Shown here: positions 1 through 10,673 of the stretch, in pieces
Layout of the letters: the number at the start of each line of letters is the position of its first letter
How positions within the stretch are numbered: position 1 is the first letter of the stretch
Assembly (NCBI GenBank): GCA_965263355.1
Contig: CBDHHL010000032.1
Location: 192,001-256,000 of the forward strand
Direction of reading: 5' to 3'
Source: Leptolyngbyaceae cyanobacterium
Lineage (GTDB): Bacteria; Cyanobacteriota; Cyanobacteriia; Phormidesmidales; Phormidesmidaceae
Length of the DNA stretch: 64,000 nt
The notes under the pieces: model-generated
Seen by the model: only the letters and a program-made list of their open reading frames with translations
Database searches by the model: none
Told to the model about the DNA's origin: nothing
Position numbers and translations under genes: made by a program

Positions 1-1004
1 GTAAGCGGTTCTTGGCGGCCTTTGACGATAATGCGATCAAGTAGTCGCATCGAATATCGCTCTGGTCGATTTAGCTTTAAAATGACATCTTCTGAGATTA
101 AAAGGGATGCACCGTAATACTTGGTCAGTCCCTCTAAACGAGCGGTGAGGTTCACATTGTCAGATACCGCATCTGCCTGCATACGGTTGGTTTCTCCCAC
201 CATGCCTACCATCATATGGCCTGCATGGAGGCCAATTCCTACAGTCAATGGTGTATCGCCTGCCATCTGGCGATGTTGGTTATAGGTTCGTATTTGGTTG
301 ACCTTTGCTATCCCTGCCTGCAAGCCATCATCGACGCCATCGGGAAAAACGGCCATCATGCCGTCACCCAGGTATTTGACGATGAAACCATTGTGTTTGC
401 GAATTTCTGGACTGACCCGACGCAGATAGGCATTGACAAAATCAAAATTCTCCTGAGGCGTCATTTGCTCAGAAAGTGTGGTAAACGAGCGAATGTCCGA
501 AAACATGATCGCCATTTCTTTACTGACATGGTCGCCCAGCTTAATGTCGAGAATACTGTCTCGTTTGAGAAAGGTTAAATATTCGGGCGGGATGAAGCGA
601 CTGTAAGACTCCAATAGGGCAGAAAGATGGGCGTTGGCTTCGACTAGCTTTTGTTCGTGACGTTTTACAGACTGCACTGTTTCTGAGAATACCCGTGCTA
701 GGTTGCCTAGTTCATCTGTGCGTAAGACCGTTGTTGCCAGACTATTGGGGCTGAAGGTATTGCTCTGAACAGCAATGGCAGCGGCGGTGATCTTTTTGAC
801 CTGCTCAATGTAATCCGCCATTTCTTGATTTTGGGTTTCTAGGGCGTTTTCTAGGATCGTCGAATGTTCTGTGACGATATCTATCATCGATTGCAAATCC
901 TTGTTATCTGCCTGAAGCGCTTCTTTCTGTGCCCGAAGTTTTACTAGCTCAGTGTCCTCTAGGTTTTGGATGCAGGACTTTGCAATTGATGACTTAAGGT
1001 TCAT
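1..1004 (-). CDS. Class III adenylate cyclase with N-terminal coiled-coil/HAMP-like region (3' end outside the window)
   Basis: Hand translation of the minus strand from ATG 1004: MNLKSSIAKS...IMFSDIRSFT...VKYLGDGMMAVFP...GIGLHAGHMMVG...ADAVSDNVNLTARLEG. The Lys/Asp specificity residues point to ATP. Absent from the ORF track because it has no stop in the window. Confidence 0.9.
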   Translation of the reverse strand, partial: MNLKSSIAKSCIQNLEDTELVKLRAQKEALQADNKDLQSMIDIVTEHSTILENALETQNQEMADYIEQVKKITAAAIAVQSNTFSPNSLATTVLRTDELGNLARVFSETVQSVKRHEQKLVEANAHLSALLESYSRFIPPEYLTFLKRDSILDIKLGDHVSKEMAIMFSDIRSFTTLSEQMTPQENFDFVNAYLRRVSPEIRKHNGFIVKYLGDGMMAVFPDGVDDGLQAGIAKVNQIRTYNQHRQMAGDTPLTVGIGLHAGHMMVGMVGETNRMQADAVSDNVNLTARLEGLTKYYGASLLISEDVILKLNRPERYSMRLLDRIIVKGRQEPL

Positions 1005-1292
1005 GTTGGAACGCGTAAATAGACTAAAGACTAACTAGCAAAGTAAACGCACCACCAGAGTTTTCGAACACTGTTCGTGACTATAGGCCGCAGCAGATTG
1101 TAATCTCCACAGACTATTATGGTTCTGGATCGGTATTGGCTATGGTCTTATCTACGTAACTTTGCGGATTCTACATCTAAATGTTCTTATTTCTCAGAAC
1201 CTGATCGGAGCATTTATTAGGGGAGATTAGGTTGGCTAAGGGGGCCTGGTTGCGATCGCCCATAAAGAGAACAAAACATCGACCATAAGATC

Positions 1293-2054
1293 ATGATTTT
1301 TCTAGGTATCGATTTAGGTTGGCAAACAGGGCCCAGTGGAGTTTGCTGTCTGAGCCTAGAGAAAACCAAACTATCCCTGATCGCCCTTGATCGGCTAGAT
1401 ACCCATACAGACGTATTAACTTGGATCGCCCATCAGGCATCAACGAAGCCAGCTATGGTAGCCGTCGATGCCCCAACAATTATCCCTAATCCAACCGGGA
1501 TGCGTGTCCCTGATCGTCTAGCCCACAAATACTTTGGCAAGTACCATGCCGGCTGCTATCCAGCCAACCAAGCATCAACCTTTGCCCCTCAGCTATTAGC
1601 CTTTAGCCAAGCATTAACCCATCAAGGGTTTATCCATGCACCCACACTAACGTCCCAGCAGCCGGGGCGCTATCAAATTGAGTTTTTTCCCCATCCGGCC
1701 ATGGTGCATTTGTTTGGACTGTCCCGTATCCTCAAATATAAAAAAGGGCGTATTGACCAACGTCGGCAAGAACTTGAACGATTACGGCTACTAATACTGC
1801 AGCATCTACCCAACCATACCCCTAGCTTTAGCACCCAAACCCTACCGAGTATTCCTGCCAGAGGGGCTGCCCTAAAAGCTGTAGAAGATCAGCTAGACAG
1901 CATTATCTGCGCCTATGGAGCTGCCCATTGGTGGTATTGGGGCCATAGCCGTAATCAGGTTTTAGGTAGTCTAGCCACAGGCTACATTGTCGTCCCCACA
2001 CCCTATGACGTACAAAACTACAGCCCAGCGTTAGCTCCATGTGGTGGTAGTTAA
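1293..2054 (+). CDS. DUF429 family protein (predicted RNase H-fold nuclease)
   Basis: FLGIDLGW...SGVC, VAVDAPT, IEFFPHPA, EDQLDSIICA motifs. Confidence 0.8.
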   Translation: MIFLGIDLGWQTGPSGVCCLSLEKTKLSLIALDRLDTHTDVLTWIAHQASTKPAMVAVDAPTIIPNPTGMRVPDRLAHKYFGKYHAGCYPANQASTFAPQLLAFSQALTHQGFIHAPTLTSQQPGRYQIEFFPHPAMVHLFGLSRILKYKKGRIDQRRQELERLRLLILQHLPNHTPSFSTQTLPSIPARGAALKAVEDQLDSIICAYGAAHWWYWGHSRNQVLGSLATGYIVVPTPYDVQNYSPALAPCGGS

Positions 2055-2191
2055 GCTGAACCAGATTTGTAGAGAGGAATGGATTAACGATGGGTAATCT
2101 AAATCTATCAAAGGAACCAATATTGGAGCAGGTTTTTGGGGTTTGCTCTTGAGCAAATTACGAGACCAGTTTTTGTCCTCGAATCTCCTAC

Positions 2192-2216
2192 GGGCTGCAT
2201 CAGCGGCCTTTTTTTT
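2192..2216 (+). terminator. Intrinsic terminator
   Basis: GGGCTGC-ATCA-GCGGCCT stem followed by a T run. Confidence 0.6.
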
Positions 2217-2563
2217 GCCTACGTTCCAAACCCAGAGATAACCAATGGCAAGACATCAACGGTGGCGGGTGAGAAAATGATCGGTTATCACCCTGGCAAT
2301 GAATACCATTGATTTAGTCGAGTTGATACCATGGTTCTATCTACCAACAGGCATCCATTATTCACACTCTCCAACACTTTAGACAGCCCTGTCCTAAGAA
2401 TTCAGGGAATGTGAATAATTTTGAAGTAATATATCTATTGCTTGGGGCAATCACCGGGTTGCCTCGCCTTGGCAAGTCTGCTTTAGCTCTAAATGGTCCC
2501 GAAACGGTCCTAAAAGGTGGTCAAAAACTGTTTGGAGACGTAGTTCAACCCTAGAAAATACCC

Positions 2564-4651
2564 ATGAAAGATCTCAGTAATTACCGAAATATTGGCATTT
2601 TCGCCCACGTAGACGCGGGTAAGACCACCACCACCGAGCGAATCTTGAAGTTGACCGGTAAGGTGCACAAGATTGGTGAGGTGCATGATGGTGCAGCTAC
2701 CACCGATTTCATGGACCAGGAGAAAGAGCGAGGCATTACGATTCAGTCTGCGGCAACCTCCTGTTTTTGGAATGACCACCAGCTAAATATTATTGATACC
2801 CCTGGTCACGTTGACTTCACCATTGAGGTATATCGTTCCCTAAAGGTATTGGACGGTGGCATTGGTGTATTCTGCGGTTCTGGTGGCGTAGAGCCCCAGT
2901 CTGAAACTAACTGGCGCTACGCTAATGACTCTGAAGTAGCTCGAATTATCTACGTCAATAAGTTAGACCGAACTGGCGCTGATTTCTATCGAGTGGTTAA
3001 GCAGGTTGAAGACGTACTGGGTGCTCAGCCCCTGGTTATGGTGCTGCCCATTGGTATCGAGAACGACTTTGTCGGTGTTGTTGACCTACTCACCGAAAAA
3101 GCTTGGATTTGGGATGATTCGGGAGATCCGATGAACTATGAACTCAAGGATGTACCCGAGGACATGGCTAGTGATGTGGCTGAGTGGCGCGAAAAGTTAA
3201 TCGAGACTGCTGTAGAGCAAGACGACGATATGATGGAGAAGTACCTCGAAGGTGAGGAAATCTCGGTCGATCAAGTCAAATCCTGCATCCGTAAGGGGAC
3301 TCGTGAGCTAGCCTTCTTCCCCACCTATTGCGGTTCTTCCTTCAAGAATAAGGGTGTGCAACTGGTTCTGGATGCAGTGGTTGACTATCTGCCTGCGCCA
3401 ACTGAAGTTAAGCCCCAGCCTGAGGTTGACCTAGAAGGTAACGAAACTGGCGAACTAGCTTACGTTGACCCTGAGAAACCATTGCGCGCGTTGGCGTTCA
3501 AGATTATGGATGACCGCTTTGGTGCCCTCACCTTTACTCGCATCTATTCCGGTACCCTTAAAAAGGGCGACACCATCTTGAATACAGCTACTGGCAAGAA
3601 TGAGCGCGTTAGCCGCATCGTAGAGATGCACGCTGACGACCGACAGGAAATGGATGCGGCTCAAGCGGGTGATATTGTGGCGCTATTGGGTATGAAGACC
3701 GTTCAAACCGGTCACACCCTCTGCGACCCCAAGAACCCGGCTACGCTGGAGCCCATGGTCTTCCCTGACCCTGTGATTTCCATTGCAGTTGAGGCCAAAA
3801 AGAAAGGGGAATCTGAGAAGTTGGGTATTGCCCTGAGCAAGATGGTTCAGGAAGATCCGTCCTTCCAGGTAGAAACCGATCAGGAAAGTGGTGAAACCAT
3901 TCTGAAAGGGATGGGTGAACTTCACCTGGATATTAAGGTGGACATCCTCAAGCGCACCCACGGTATTGAAGTAGAGGTGGGTAAGCCTCAGGTAGCCTAC
4001 CGCGAGTCCATTACGAAGGTGCTTACTGACAGCTACACCCACAAGAAACAGTCCGGTGGTTCTGGCCAGTACGGCAAGATCGACTACGTCATCGAGCCTA
4101 ACGAGGCTGGTGCTGGCTTTGAGTTTGAGTCTAAGGTGACTGGTGGTAACGTACCTCGTGAATTTTGGCCTGCGGTTGAAAAAGGCTTCGCCACTAGCAT
4201 GGACAAAGGCATGTTAGCTGGATTCCCAGTAGTAGACTTGAAAGTTACTTTGATGGACGGTGGGTTCCACCCGGTTGACTCCTCTGCTATTGCCTTTGAA
4301 ATTGCTGCTAAGGCTGGTTACCGTCAATCCTTTGTTAAGGCTGGCCCTCAGATTCTGGAGCCAATTATGAAGGTGGATGTGTTTGCGCCTGAAGACTATG
4401 TGGGTGATGTAATTGGTGACCTTAACCGTCGTCGCGGCATGATTCAGGGGCAGGACGTCGGCCCTACCGGTGTTCGCATTAAGGCCGATGTGCCCCTGAG
4501 CGAAATGTTTGGCTACATCGGTGACCTACGTACCATGACCTCTGGTCGGGGTCAGTTCTCCATGTCCTTTGAGAACTATGCACCTTGTCCTAAGAACGTG
4601 GCTGACGAGGTGATTAAGGAGGCTAAGGAGCGTCAGGAAGCCAAGGCATAG
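2564..4651 (+). CDS. fusA: Elongation factor G, stand-alone paralogue
   Basis: [31 protein letters not shown]; 695 aa; not in an rpsL-rpsG-fusA-tuf context. Confidence 0.97.
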   Translation: MKDLSNYRNIGIFAHVDAGKTTTTERILKLTGKVHKIGEVHDGAATTDFMDQEKERGITIQSAATSCFWNDHQLNIIDTPGHVDFTIEVYRSLKVLDGGIGVFCGSGGVEPQSETNWRYANDSEVARIIYVNKLDRTGADFYRVVKQVEDVLGAQPLVMVLPIGIENDFVGVVDLLTEKAWIWDDSGDPMNYELKDVPEDMASDVAEWREKLIETAVEQDDDMMEKYLEGEEISVDQVKSCIRKGTRELAFFPTYCGSSFKNKGVQLVLDAVVDYLPAPTEVKPQPEVDLEGNETGELAYVDPEKPLRALAFKIMDDRFGALTFTRIYSGTLKKGDTILNTATGKNERVSRIVEMHADDRQEMDAAQAGDIVALLGMKTVQTGHTLCDPKNPATLEPMVFPDPVISIAVEAKKKGESEKLGIALSKMVQEDPSFQVETDQESGETILKGMGELHLDIKVDILKRTHGIEVEVGKPQVAYRESITKVLTDSYTHKKQSGGSGQYGKIDYVIEPNEAGAGFEFESKVTGGNVPREFWPAVEKGFATSMDKGMLAGFPVVDLKVTLMDGGFHPVDSSAIAFEIAAKAGYRQSFVKAGPQILEPIMKVDVFAPEDYVGDVIGDLNRRRGMIQGQDVGPTGVRIKADVPLSEMFGYIGDLRTMTSGRGQFSMSFENYAPCPKNVADEVIKEAKERQEAKA

Positions 4652-4695
4652 AGATCGATCGATAAGATTCATCTCTTATTGAGCAATGAATGAGC

Positions 4696-4729
4696 AGTCC
4701 TCGGCTGATATCAGCCGAGGACTTTTTTT
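4696..4729 (+). terminator. Intrinsic terminator of fusA
   Basis: Perfect 28-bp palindrome AGTCCTCGGCTGATATCAGCCGAGGACT followed by a T run. Confidence 0.85.
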
Positions 4730-4770
4730 GGGGAGGCTGCTACATTTCCTGATGCTGTAGGGGGGATATC

Positions 4771-4798
4771 GTAGGGGTGATGCATGCAATGCCCCTAG
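4771..4798. repeat. GTAG-type REP-like palindrome
   Basis: GTAGGGGTGATGCATGCAATGCCCCTAG, a variant of the perfect copy at 24945. Confidence 0.7.
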
Positions 4799-5619
4799 GG
4801 GTTAAATGCCGTTTTTTTCAAAACACGGTTTAATTTGCCGCTTTTGTATCCTTCCAAATCTAAAGTCACATAGGTAAACCCGTATTCCTGGAACGCTGTC
4901 ACCAACGTTTCTAGATCTACTGTGGCAACAAAGTTTTTAATCTCGTTGGGAAGGAGTTCAATCCGAGCAGTTTCCCCATCGGAGCGTACCCGCAGATTAC
5001 GTATACCTAGCTGTCGCAAATAGCGCTCGCACTGCCCTACCCGATGAAGCTTTTCCGTAGTAATTAACTCACCGTAGGGAAATCGTGAGCTGAGACAGGG
5101 CTGGGATGGTTTATCCCACCAGGGCAAACCCAGATATTTAGACATTTCCCGTACTTCTAGCTTGCTCAGGCCAACTTCTGCCAGTGGAGAACGCACTCCT
5201 CGCTCCTTGGCGGCCTGGATACCGGGGCGATAGTCCTGCAGGTCGTCAGCATTGAGACCATCGACTACGTAAGGATAGCCCTCAGCCAGAGCAAGCGGCT
5301 TTAGGGTGTCATGGAGTTCGCTTTTGCAAAAGTAGCAGCGGTTAGTGGGGTTGCTAGTGTAGTTTGGGTTATCCATTTCATGGGTTTGAACGATGCGATG
5401 GATTAGCCCCATAAACGCTGCTTGATTTTTGGCAGCTTCCAGGTCTTCTACCATTAGCGATGGCGATTCGGCAGTGACGGCTAAGGCTTTATCGCCAAGA
5501 ACATCATGGGCAACCTTAGCGACCAGGGTGCTGTCGATGCCACCAGAATAGGCTATCAGGGCACGGTCCATACTCTGGAAGATCGACTGAAGCTGTTGGA
5601 GTTTTTGGGTGATGGTCAT
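4795..5619 (-). CDS. larE: LarE family ATP-dependent sulfur insertase (PP-loop)
   Basis: AYSGGIDS PP-loop, RCYFCK, DYRPG, QPCLSSRFPYG, LDLEGYKSG; ATG 5619 preferred. Confidence 0.9.
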   Translation of the reverse strand: MTITQKLQQLQSIFQSMDRALIAYSGGIDSTLVAKVAHDVLGDKALAVTAESPSLMVEDLEAAKNQAAFMGLIHRIVQTHEMDNPNYTSNPTNRCYFCKSELHDTLKPLALAEGYPYVVDGLNADDLQDYRPGIQAAKERGVRSPLAEVGLSKLEVREMSKYLGLPWWDKPSQPCLSSRFPYGELITTEKLHRVGQCERYLRQLGIRNLRVRSDGETARIELLPNEIKNFVATVDLETLVTAFQEYGFTYVTLDLEGYKSGKLNRVLKKTAFNP

Positions 5620-5823
5620 GGTTTGGGATTCTGAATAGATCTTCAGTCGCACAGGGTGGCTACATTTAGCCTAGCTAAGGAATAAAGGTTTTATAAAGGG
5701 TTATTAACCCACCCGTCGCCCCTCCCAGGAAGGGAAGAAGATATCGGCTATGGCTTAAACGGTTAATTGAGGATTTAGGTTGGGTTACCATGGGCCTTAC
5801 TAATAAATGATTAGCAAGGGTTT

Positions 5824-6108
5824 ATGGCTGAGAAAAAAGAACTAGCGCACCCGCAGTACAAGGCAGATCGGGATGTGGTGACTAACCTGCTAAATGGTGA
5901 GGCGACGGATTTTAATTTGATTGAGCTGGCGCGGTTACGGATTCGCTATGACGGGTTTCCAGGGGCACGGGATATTCAGGCGGATCTGGATAAGGTCCTG
6001 GCTAACTGGTCGCTAACAGAGGATGAGCTAATGGCAAAAACTCGCGAGATTCATCAGACAGAGATGCTGTATAAGGCACAGCGGACGAAGAAGGAGGATT
6101 GGAGTTAA
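5824..6108 (+). CDS. DUF3288 family protein
   Basis: HPQYKADR...ELARLRIRYDGFPGARDIQ, a cyanobacterial conserved pattern. Confidence 0.85.
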   Translation: MAEKKELAHPQYKADRDVVTNLLNGEATDFNLIELARLRIRYDGFPGARDIQADLDKVLANWSLTEDELMAKTREIHQTEMLYKAQRTKKEDWS

Positions 6109-6208
6109 GGCTCTCACCCTAAATCCCTCTCCTTGAGGAGAGGGACTTTGAGATGGTTAGGAAAAATTGGGTTCACTGATGTAGGTATCAGTAATCACAC
6201 AGTAACCC

Positions 6209-7102
6209 ATGATTATGAAAAAGCTTGCAATTGCAGGAATCGGTATCGGCGTTCTTTCTGTTGGCCTATATTTCGGTGCGAATCTCTACGGGACTAAGGT
6301 GGCCGAGGCTAAGGTTAACAAACTGATTAGTGAGATGGAAGAGGACAACCTGGCGGTTGAGTATAAAGATATTAGTTACAAGCCGTTGGCCCAGGATGTT
6401 CACCTAAAAGATATTACGATTACGTCTAAGGATGATCCGGCTGAGGTAACAATTGAGCAGGTGATTATCCGTGAGATTGATGAGAAGTCGGAAGTACCTA
6501 CGGTGTTTGATGCGTCGGTGCAGGGGTTGGTGGTGGATTTAAACCAGCCGGAACAGTTGGAAATGGCTAACTTTTTGAAAGAGGCTGGCTACGATACTGA
6601 GCTGAAGTTCGATATTGATACGAAGTATCGGTATAACCCAACTAAGCAGGAGATGAGCGTTGATACCTTTAAGGTGAGTGCTGATCAGGTGGGAGACTTA
6701 AGTGTCAACATGAAGCTGGGCAATGTTGACATGGAGGATGTTGAGTCTAAAAATGTAGCACCCACTAGTATGGATACGATTTTCCATGGGTTTGAGATTA
6801 CCTATAAGGATAATTCGTTTGCTGATAAGTTTTTGGCGGCGATGGCGGCTGAACAAGGTGTCACTGTGGATGAGTTGAAGACTCAGATGACCAGTCAGCT
6901 GACGGGGGCAAGTGAGTTCTTTTTGTCGTCGGATAATCAGGTAGCGATGGATGCGGTAAATGAGGTTGTTGCGTTTATTGAAAATCCAGAGGGGTTTAGT
7001 GTTTCGGTGAAGCCGGAGAAGCCGGTGCAGTTGGCGAATTTGGTGAGTGAGAATCCGGATAATTGGGTGGAGATGCTTAATATTGAGATTAAGTCTTTTT
7101 AG
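6209..7102 (+). CDS. Exported or membrane-anchored acidic hypothetical protein
   Basis: 297-aa ORF with an N-terminal hydrophobic anchor and a beta-rich body. Confidence 0.75.
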   Translation: MIMKKLAIAGIGIGVLSVGLYFGANLYGTKVAEAKVNKLISEMEEDNLAVEYKDISYKPLAQDVHLKDITITSKDDPAEVTIEQVIIREIDEKSEVPTVFDASVQGLVVDLNQPEQLEMANFLKEAGYDTELKFDIDTKYRYNPTKQEMSVDTFKVSADQVGDLSVNMKLGNVDMEDVESKNVAPTSMDTIFHGFEITYKDNSFADKFLAAMAAEQGVTVDELKTQMTSQLTGASEFFLSSDNQVAMDAVNEVVAFIENPEGFSVSVKPEKPVQLANLVSENPDNWVEMLNIEIKSF

Positions 7103-7262
7103 ATGATTAATAGCCCCGTAAGGTGGGCAGGTCCCACCTTCTTAATGGCTTTGGCTACCCCACAAGTTGGCGTTTGTTGAACTTTTCGACAAATGTGTAA
7201 AACGATGTTGGTGTAGTCAATACGCCACTAGTTCCTGATGTCAATTTTTTAAGAAAACAGTA

Positions 7263-7682
7263 ATGCCCTACAACGGTTTTATTGAAGCTAACCATGATCG
7301 CTTAGACGATTTTATTAGCTCTATTGTCACTTGCTTTGCTAACCAGCAAACCCGATTAGCCCTATGGCTATATGAGGAGTTTGAGTTTGGTCAACTTTTA
7401 GTTACTCAGCTAAATGGGGCGGACTCACCGTTTGCTAGCGGTAGCCAACTAGCGGGCTATGGCTATCTTATAACTGTAGAATCTAACACTGTGGATGCTC
7501 TCGTTGATGTTCTGCTTGATTGCTGGATGACGCACTTAGAGATGGAAGTGGACGGTAACGTTGCGCTTGAAGCCTACGATAGCTTTGAACATGTCTTTTT
7601 CAGAGCCCCGATTACGGTAACTTTTCTGGAATCACTTAAACAGCAGGCCATTATTAATAATTATGGCCTGTATGAAGGCTAA
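7263..7682 (+). CDS. Hypothetical protein
   Basis: 139-aa ORF, no motif recognised. Confidence 0.55.
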   Translation: MPYNGFIEANHDRLDDFISSIVTCFANQQTRLALWLYEEFEFGQLLVTQLNGADSPFASGSQLAGYGYLITVESNTVDALVDVLLDCWMTHLEMEVDGNVALEAYDSFEHVFFRAPITVTFLESLKQQAIINNYGLYEG

Positions 7683-7917
7683 GTAATGGCTAAGCTATTT
7701 GATGAATACATGCATCAAGTGCTGCATATGATGTTAGTCTGAAAGTAAAGTTAAAAGGCTTCCATGGCGAAAGACTCGAAACCTAAGACTCGTCTATGGT
7801 TGGTTGTAAACTAGCACGTACCGTTTTTGAGAAAATTGATAGATTGTAAATGGTTCGTTGCAACTACACCTTACGATGGAAAAGATTTCCCAACAACGTC
7901 GCGCCCAACAACGATGC

Positions 7918-8284
7918 GATAACCTAATTAATTGTCCCCGCCGTAACCCCTAATTTAATGCAATTGAGGACAACCTATTAGGCTGGGTTGTAGGGCGGCC
8001 TCCCGGCCCTGCCCAGGGGGTTTGGGGAACTCGAAGGGACCCCAAGCAACCGGTTTTGGTTCCCTCCGATCATAGCTCGGTTCAGACTTTGTAGGTGTAT
8101 GCCTGTCGTTAGATAACTGTTAAGGTTAATTATAAACCGGCACGCACCGTTTTTCGAAAATTGATAGCTGAACCCCCCTTTTCGTGGGGACCTAACTTCC
8201 CCACACCCCTCGAAAGTGGGGTGTTGTTTATAGCGAACATATTGGTGAGGCAGGGTTACGGCGGGGTCGATTAGTCAGGTTATC
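7918..8284. mobile_element. MITE-like element or IS-end remnants bracketed by 32-bp imperfect inverted repeats
   Basis: 7918-7949 GATAACCTAATTAATTGTCCCCGCCGTAACCC against the reverse complement of 8253-8284 (28/32 match); no ORF inside. Confidence 0.55.
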
Positions 8285-8760
8285 TCATTGGCATTTGGTA
8301 AGCCATTGTTGGAAAATCTCTTGTGATTCGTTTTTGTCGTCAGAGGCTAAGGATTGGAAGAATCTTTCAGCGTCAGGAGACTTTTCAATCTGTCGAATAA
8401 TCAGATTTATAAGAGTACTTTGAACTTGTTCGGCAATAGGAGAGCCTATGCGATTTAGGATAGTTATGGACTCTTGAAAATAGTTGACAGCTGTTGGAAT
8501 GTCTTGGCGGTGAGATTCCATTAGCTGGGCCAACATACCTAATGTAATGGCTTTGCCTTGGCATCCCCGATTTTTTCGTTGATCCCTAAGGACTGTTCGT
8601 AGAGTGCGATCGCACCGTCCACATCCCCCTGGTTTGCTTTGAGGCTGACCATTTCGTGCAGGGTGGCGGCTTTGCCTTGGCATCCCCGATTTTTTCGTTG
8701 ATCCCTAAGGACTGTTCGTAGAGTGCGATCGCACCGTCCACATCCCCCTGGTTCAATTTA
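8285..8760 (-). pseudogene. Tetratricopeptide-repeat protein C-terminal remnant, frameshifted
   Basis: NQGDVDGAIALYEQSLGINEKIGDA repeated; DNA repeat 8549-8634/8668-8753 has a 119-bp (not 120) period; no N-terminus. Confidence 0.75.
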
Positions 8761-8989
8761 ATACAGGCTATTCGATACGGAACAGTGTCTACATGGGATG
8801 AATCTGCTTTTCCAAGCAATTTTAATTAGTACAAATAACCTACCCAAATAATTGTGGCATCGTATCACCCAATCCCTTATAATAATGGGCCGGAATATTC
8901 CTAAACCACGTCTAGGGTTTAACCTGTAGGTATCTCTACAAAGAACTGTTCTGGGCGTGGGCGATATTAAAGTAGGAGACTAAACATCC

Positions 8990-9598
8990 ATGGCGCGATA
9001 TAGAGGTCCTCGCCTCCGCATCACACGCCGTTTGGGCGAACTGCCCGGTCTTACCCGGAAAGTTGCCCGAAAGGCTTATCCACCTGGCCAGCATGGTCAG
9101 GCGCGGAAGAAAAAATCTGAATACTGCGTTCGTCTAGAAGAGAAGCAAAAGCTTCGTTACAACTACGGTGTATCCGAGAAGCAACTACTGCGCTACGTCA
9201 AAAAAGCACGGCGTGCAGCTGGTTCTACTGGTCAGGTCATCCTGCAGCAGCTAGAAATGCGCCTGGATAACACCATATTCCGCCTGGGTATGGGGCCTAC
9301 AATCCCCGCCGCCCGTCAGGTCGTTAACCATGGCCACATTACCGTCAACGGTCGTGTTGTTAGTGTTCCTAGCTATCAGTGCCGCCCCGGTGATGTAATC
9401 GGCGTTCGACCTAAGGACGTTTCGAAAAGTCTGGTGGAATCCAACCTGGAATTTCCTGGTTTGGCCAACATCCCCACTCACCTGGAGTTTGATAAAAACA
9501 AGCTCGAAGCTAAGGTGAATGGCATCATCGATCGTGAATGGGTAGCCCTCAACATCAACGAACTACTCGTAGTTGAGTACTACTCTCGTAAAGCGTAG
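8990..9598 (+). CDS. rpsD: 30S ribosomal protein S4
   Basis: [21 protein letters not shown]...LEMRLDN...VVEYYSR; AGGAG RBS. Confidence 0.99.
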   Translation: MARYRGPRLRITRRLGELPGLTRKVARKAYPPGQHGQARKKKSEYCVRLEEKQKLRYNYGVSEKQLLRYVKKARRAAGSTGQVILQQLEMRLDNTIFRLGMGPTIPAARQVVNHGHITVNGRVVSVPSYQCRPGDVIGVRPKDVSKSLVESNLEFPGLANIPTHLEFDKNKLEAKVNGIIDREWVALNINELLVVEYYSRKA

Positions 9599-9677
9599 AC
9601 CTACTGTCGCTCTACTTTTTGAATACGTTAGGCATACCTTTGCGTATTCTTACCGCGCTAGTTTAGTTATTTCCATA

Positions 9678-9710
9678 AGCCCCTGGGGTCCGTCAGCCTT
9701 GGGGGCTTTA
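9678..9710. terminator. Hairpin between convergent genes, probable rpsD terminator
   Basis: AAGCCCC...GGGGGCTT stem followed by a T-rich tract. Confidence 0.55.
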
Positions 9711-9753
9711 TTTGGCTTTATTTGTCTATAGGCTTTCTGCCAGACCTTGACAC

Positions 9754-10011
9754 CTACAGGGGCATCCAGGATAAGACAATTAGCTCACCCTTAACGACGC
9801 CAATCCGAAGTTCATAGATAAACTCATAGCGATCTTCGTTTCTATCCCAGGCAGTAATCCATAGCTCATAAGCGCGAGTATCGCGTTCATGGCAGGGGAG
9901 CTGTCGTAAAATATCGATTTGATGGCCACGATAGCTTTGTAAAAGGTCAGCAACTGCAGCGGCCACTGCTGAGGTGTAATGTTGTTCTGAGTAAATTCTC
10001 GGAAATGCCAT
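9754..10011 (-). CDS. Hypothetical protein
   Basis: 85-aa ORF, ATG start, no overlapping gene. Confidence 0.5.
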   Translation of the reverse strand: MAFPRIYSEQHYTSAVAAAVADLLQSYRGHQIDILRQLPCHERDTRAYELWITAWDRNEDRYEFIYELRIGVVKGELIVLSWMPL

Positions 10012-10248
10012 GAATAAACGCCTAGAAGCGATTTTGGATGATATGCACTAGCTAAGTGACGTCACATAGAGTGAGAATGGTTTCGGGTAGAATGTAAAGT
10101 TTTTGAGAAAAACAGCTAGACCTGTGTCAAGGTATAACCCTTAACTAGGATAGTAAGCAACTGGTGGTTAGGGGTTTATAACTAAACGTCTCACCTATCA
10201 GATTAAGTTGTTGATTAAAGTACTTAAACTGGATGGGTATCTAGGTTA

Positions 10249-10605
10249 ATGAGTGTAACTACGGAACGACTTCAAACTTTATTGAATCGTGCTCAACAGC
10301 TGACCGAAGCAGAGGCCCTAGCGGATTTACCGACGGCTGTAGCTAAACGCTTAAAGACTGAAGCTGCCACGCCGTTAGTGGCGGCATTGGGTCTAAGTGA
10401 TGCCCTGTGGGTTGATAACCCTCACAAGGGTGAAAAAGGGGCTGCACGGGCTGCGCGAGTTATTCAGCGAGATGAGGCGTTGGTGCGGGCGTTGGCGTTT
10501 TATCGACTTAAGGGAGGAACAGAATTAGAAAAAACAGCGGCTTTTTTTGAGGAGACGTTTGCCGCAGCAAGCACCCATGATGGCCAGGTAAAACATTCAG
10601 AATAG
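10249..10605 (+). CDS. Hypothetical helical protein
   Basis: 118-aa ORF, ATG start. Confidence 0.6.
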   Translation: MSVTTERLQTLLNRAQQLTEAEALADLPTAVAKRLKTEAATPLVAALGLSDALWVDNPHKGEKGAARAARVIQRDEALVRALAFYRLKGGTELEKTAAFFEETFAAASTHDGQVKHSE

Positions 10606-10629
10606 TTGTTTTCTGAGGATTGTAGAGGT

Positions 10630-10673
10630 GTAGGCCTGTAGAGGCGTAACATGTTACGCCTCTACAGGCCTAC
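10630..10673. repeat. Perfect 44-bp palindrome (GTAG-type REP-like)
   Basis: GTAGGCCTGTAGAGGCGTAACA|TGTTACGCCTCTACAGGCCTAC; overlaps the stop codon of the ABC ATPase. Confidence 0.9.

Noticed and set aside
216..578. 120-aa plus-strand ORF
   Set aside because: Antisense shadow of the adenylate cyclase
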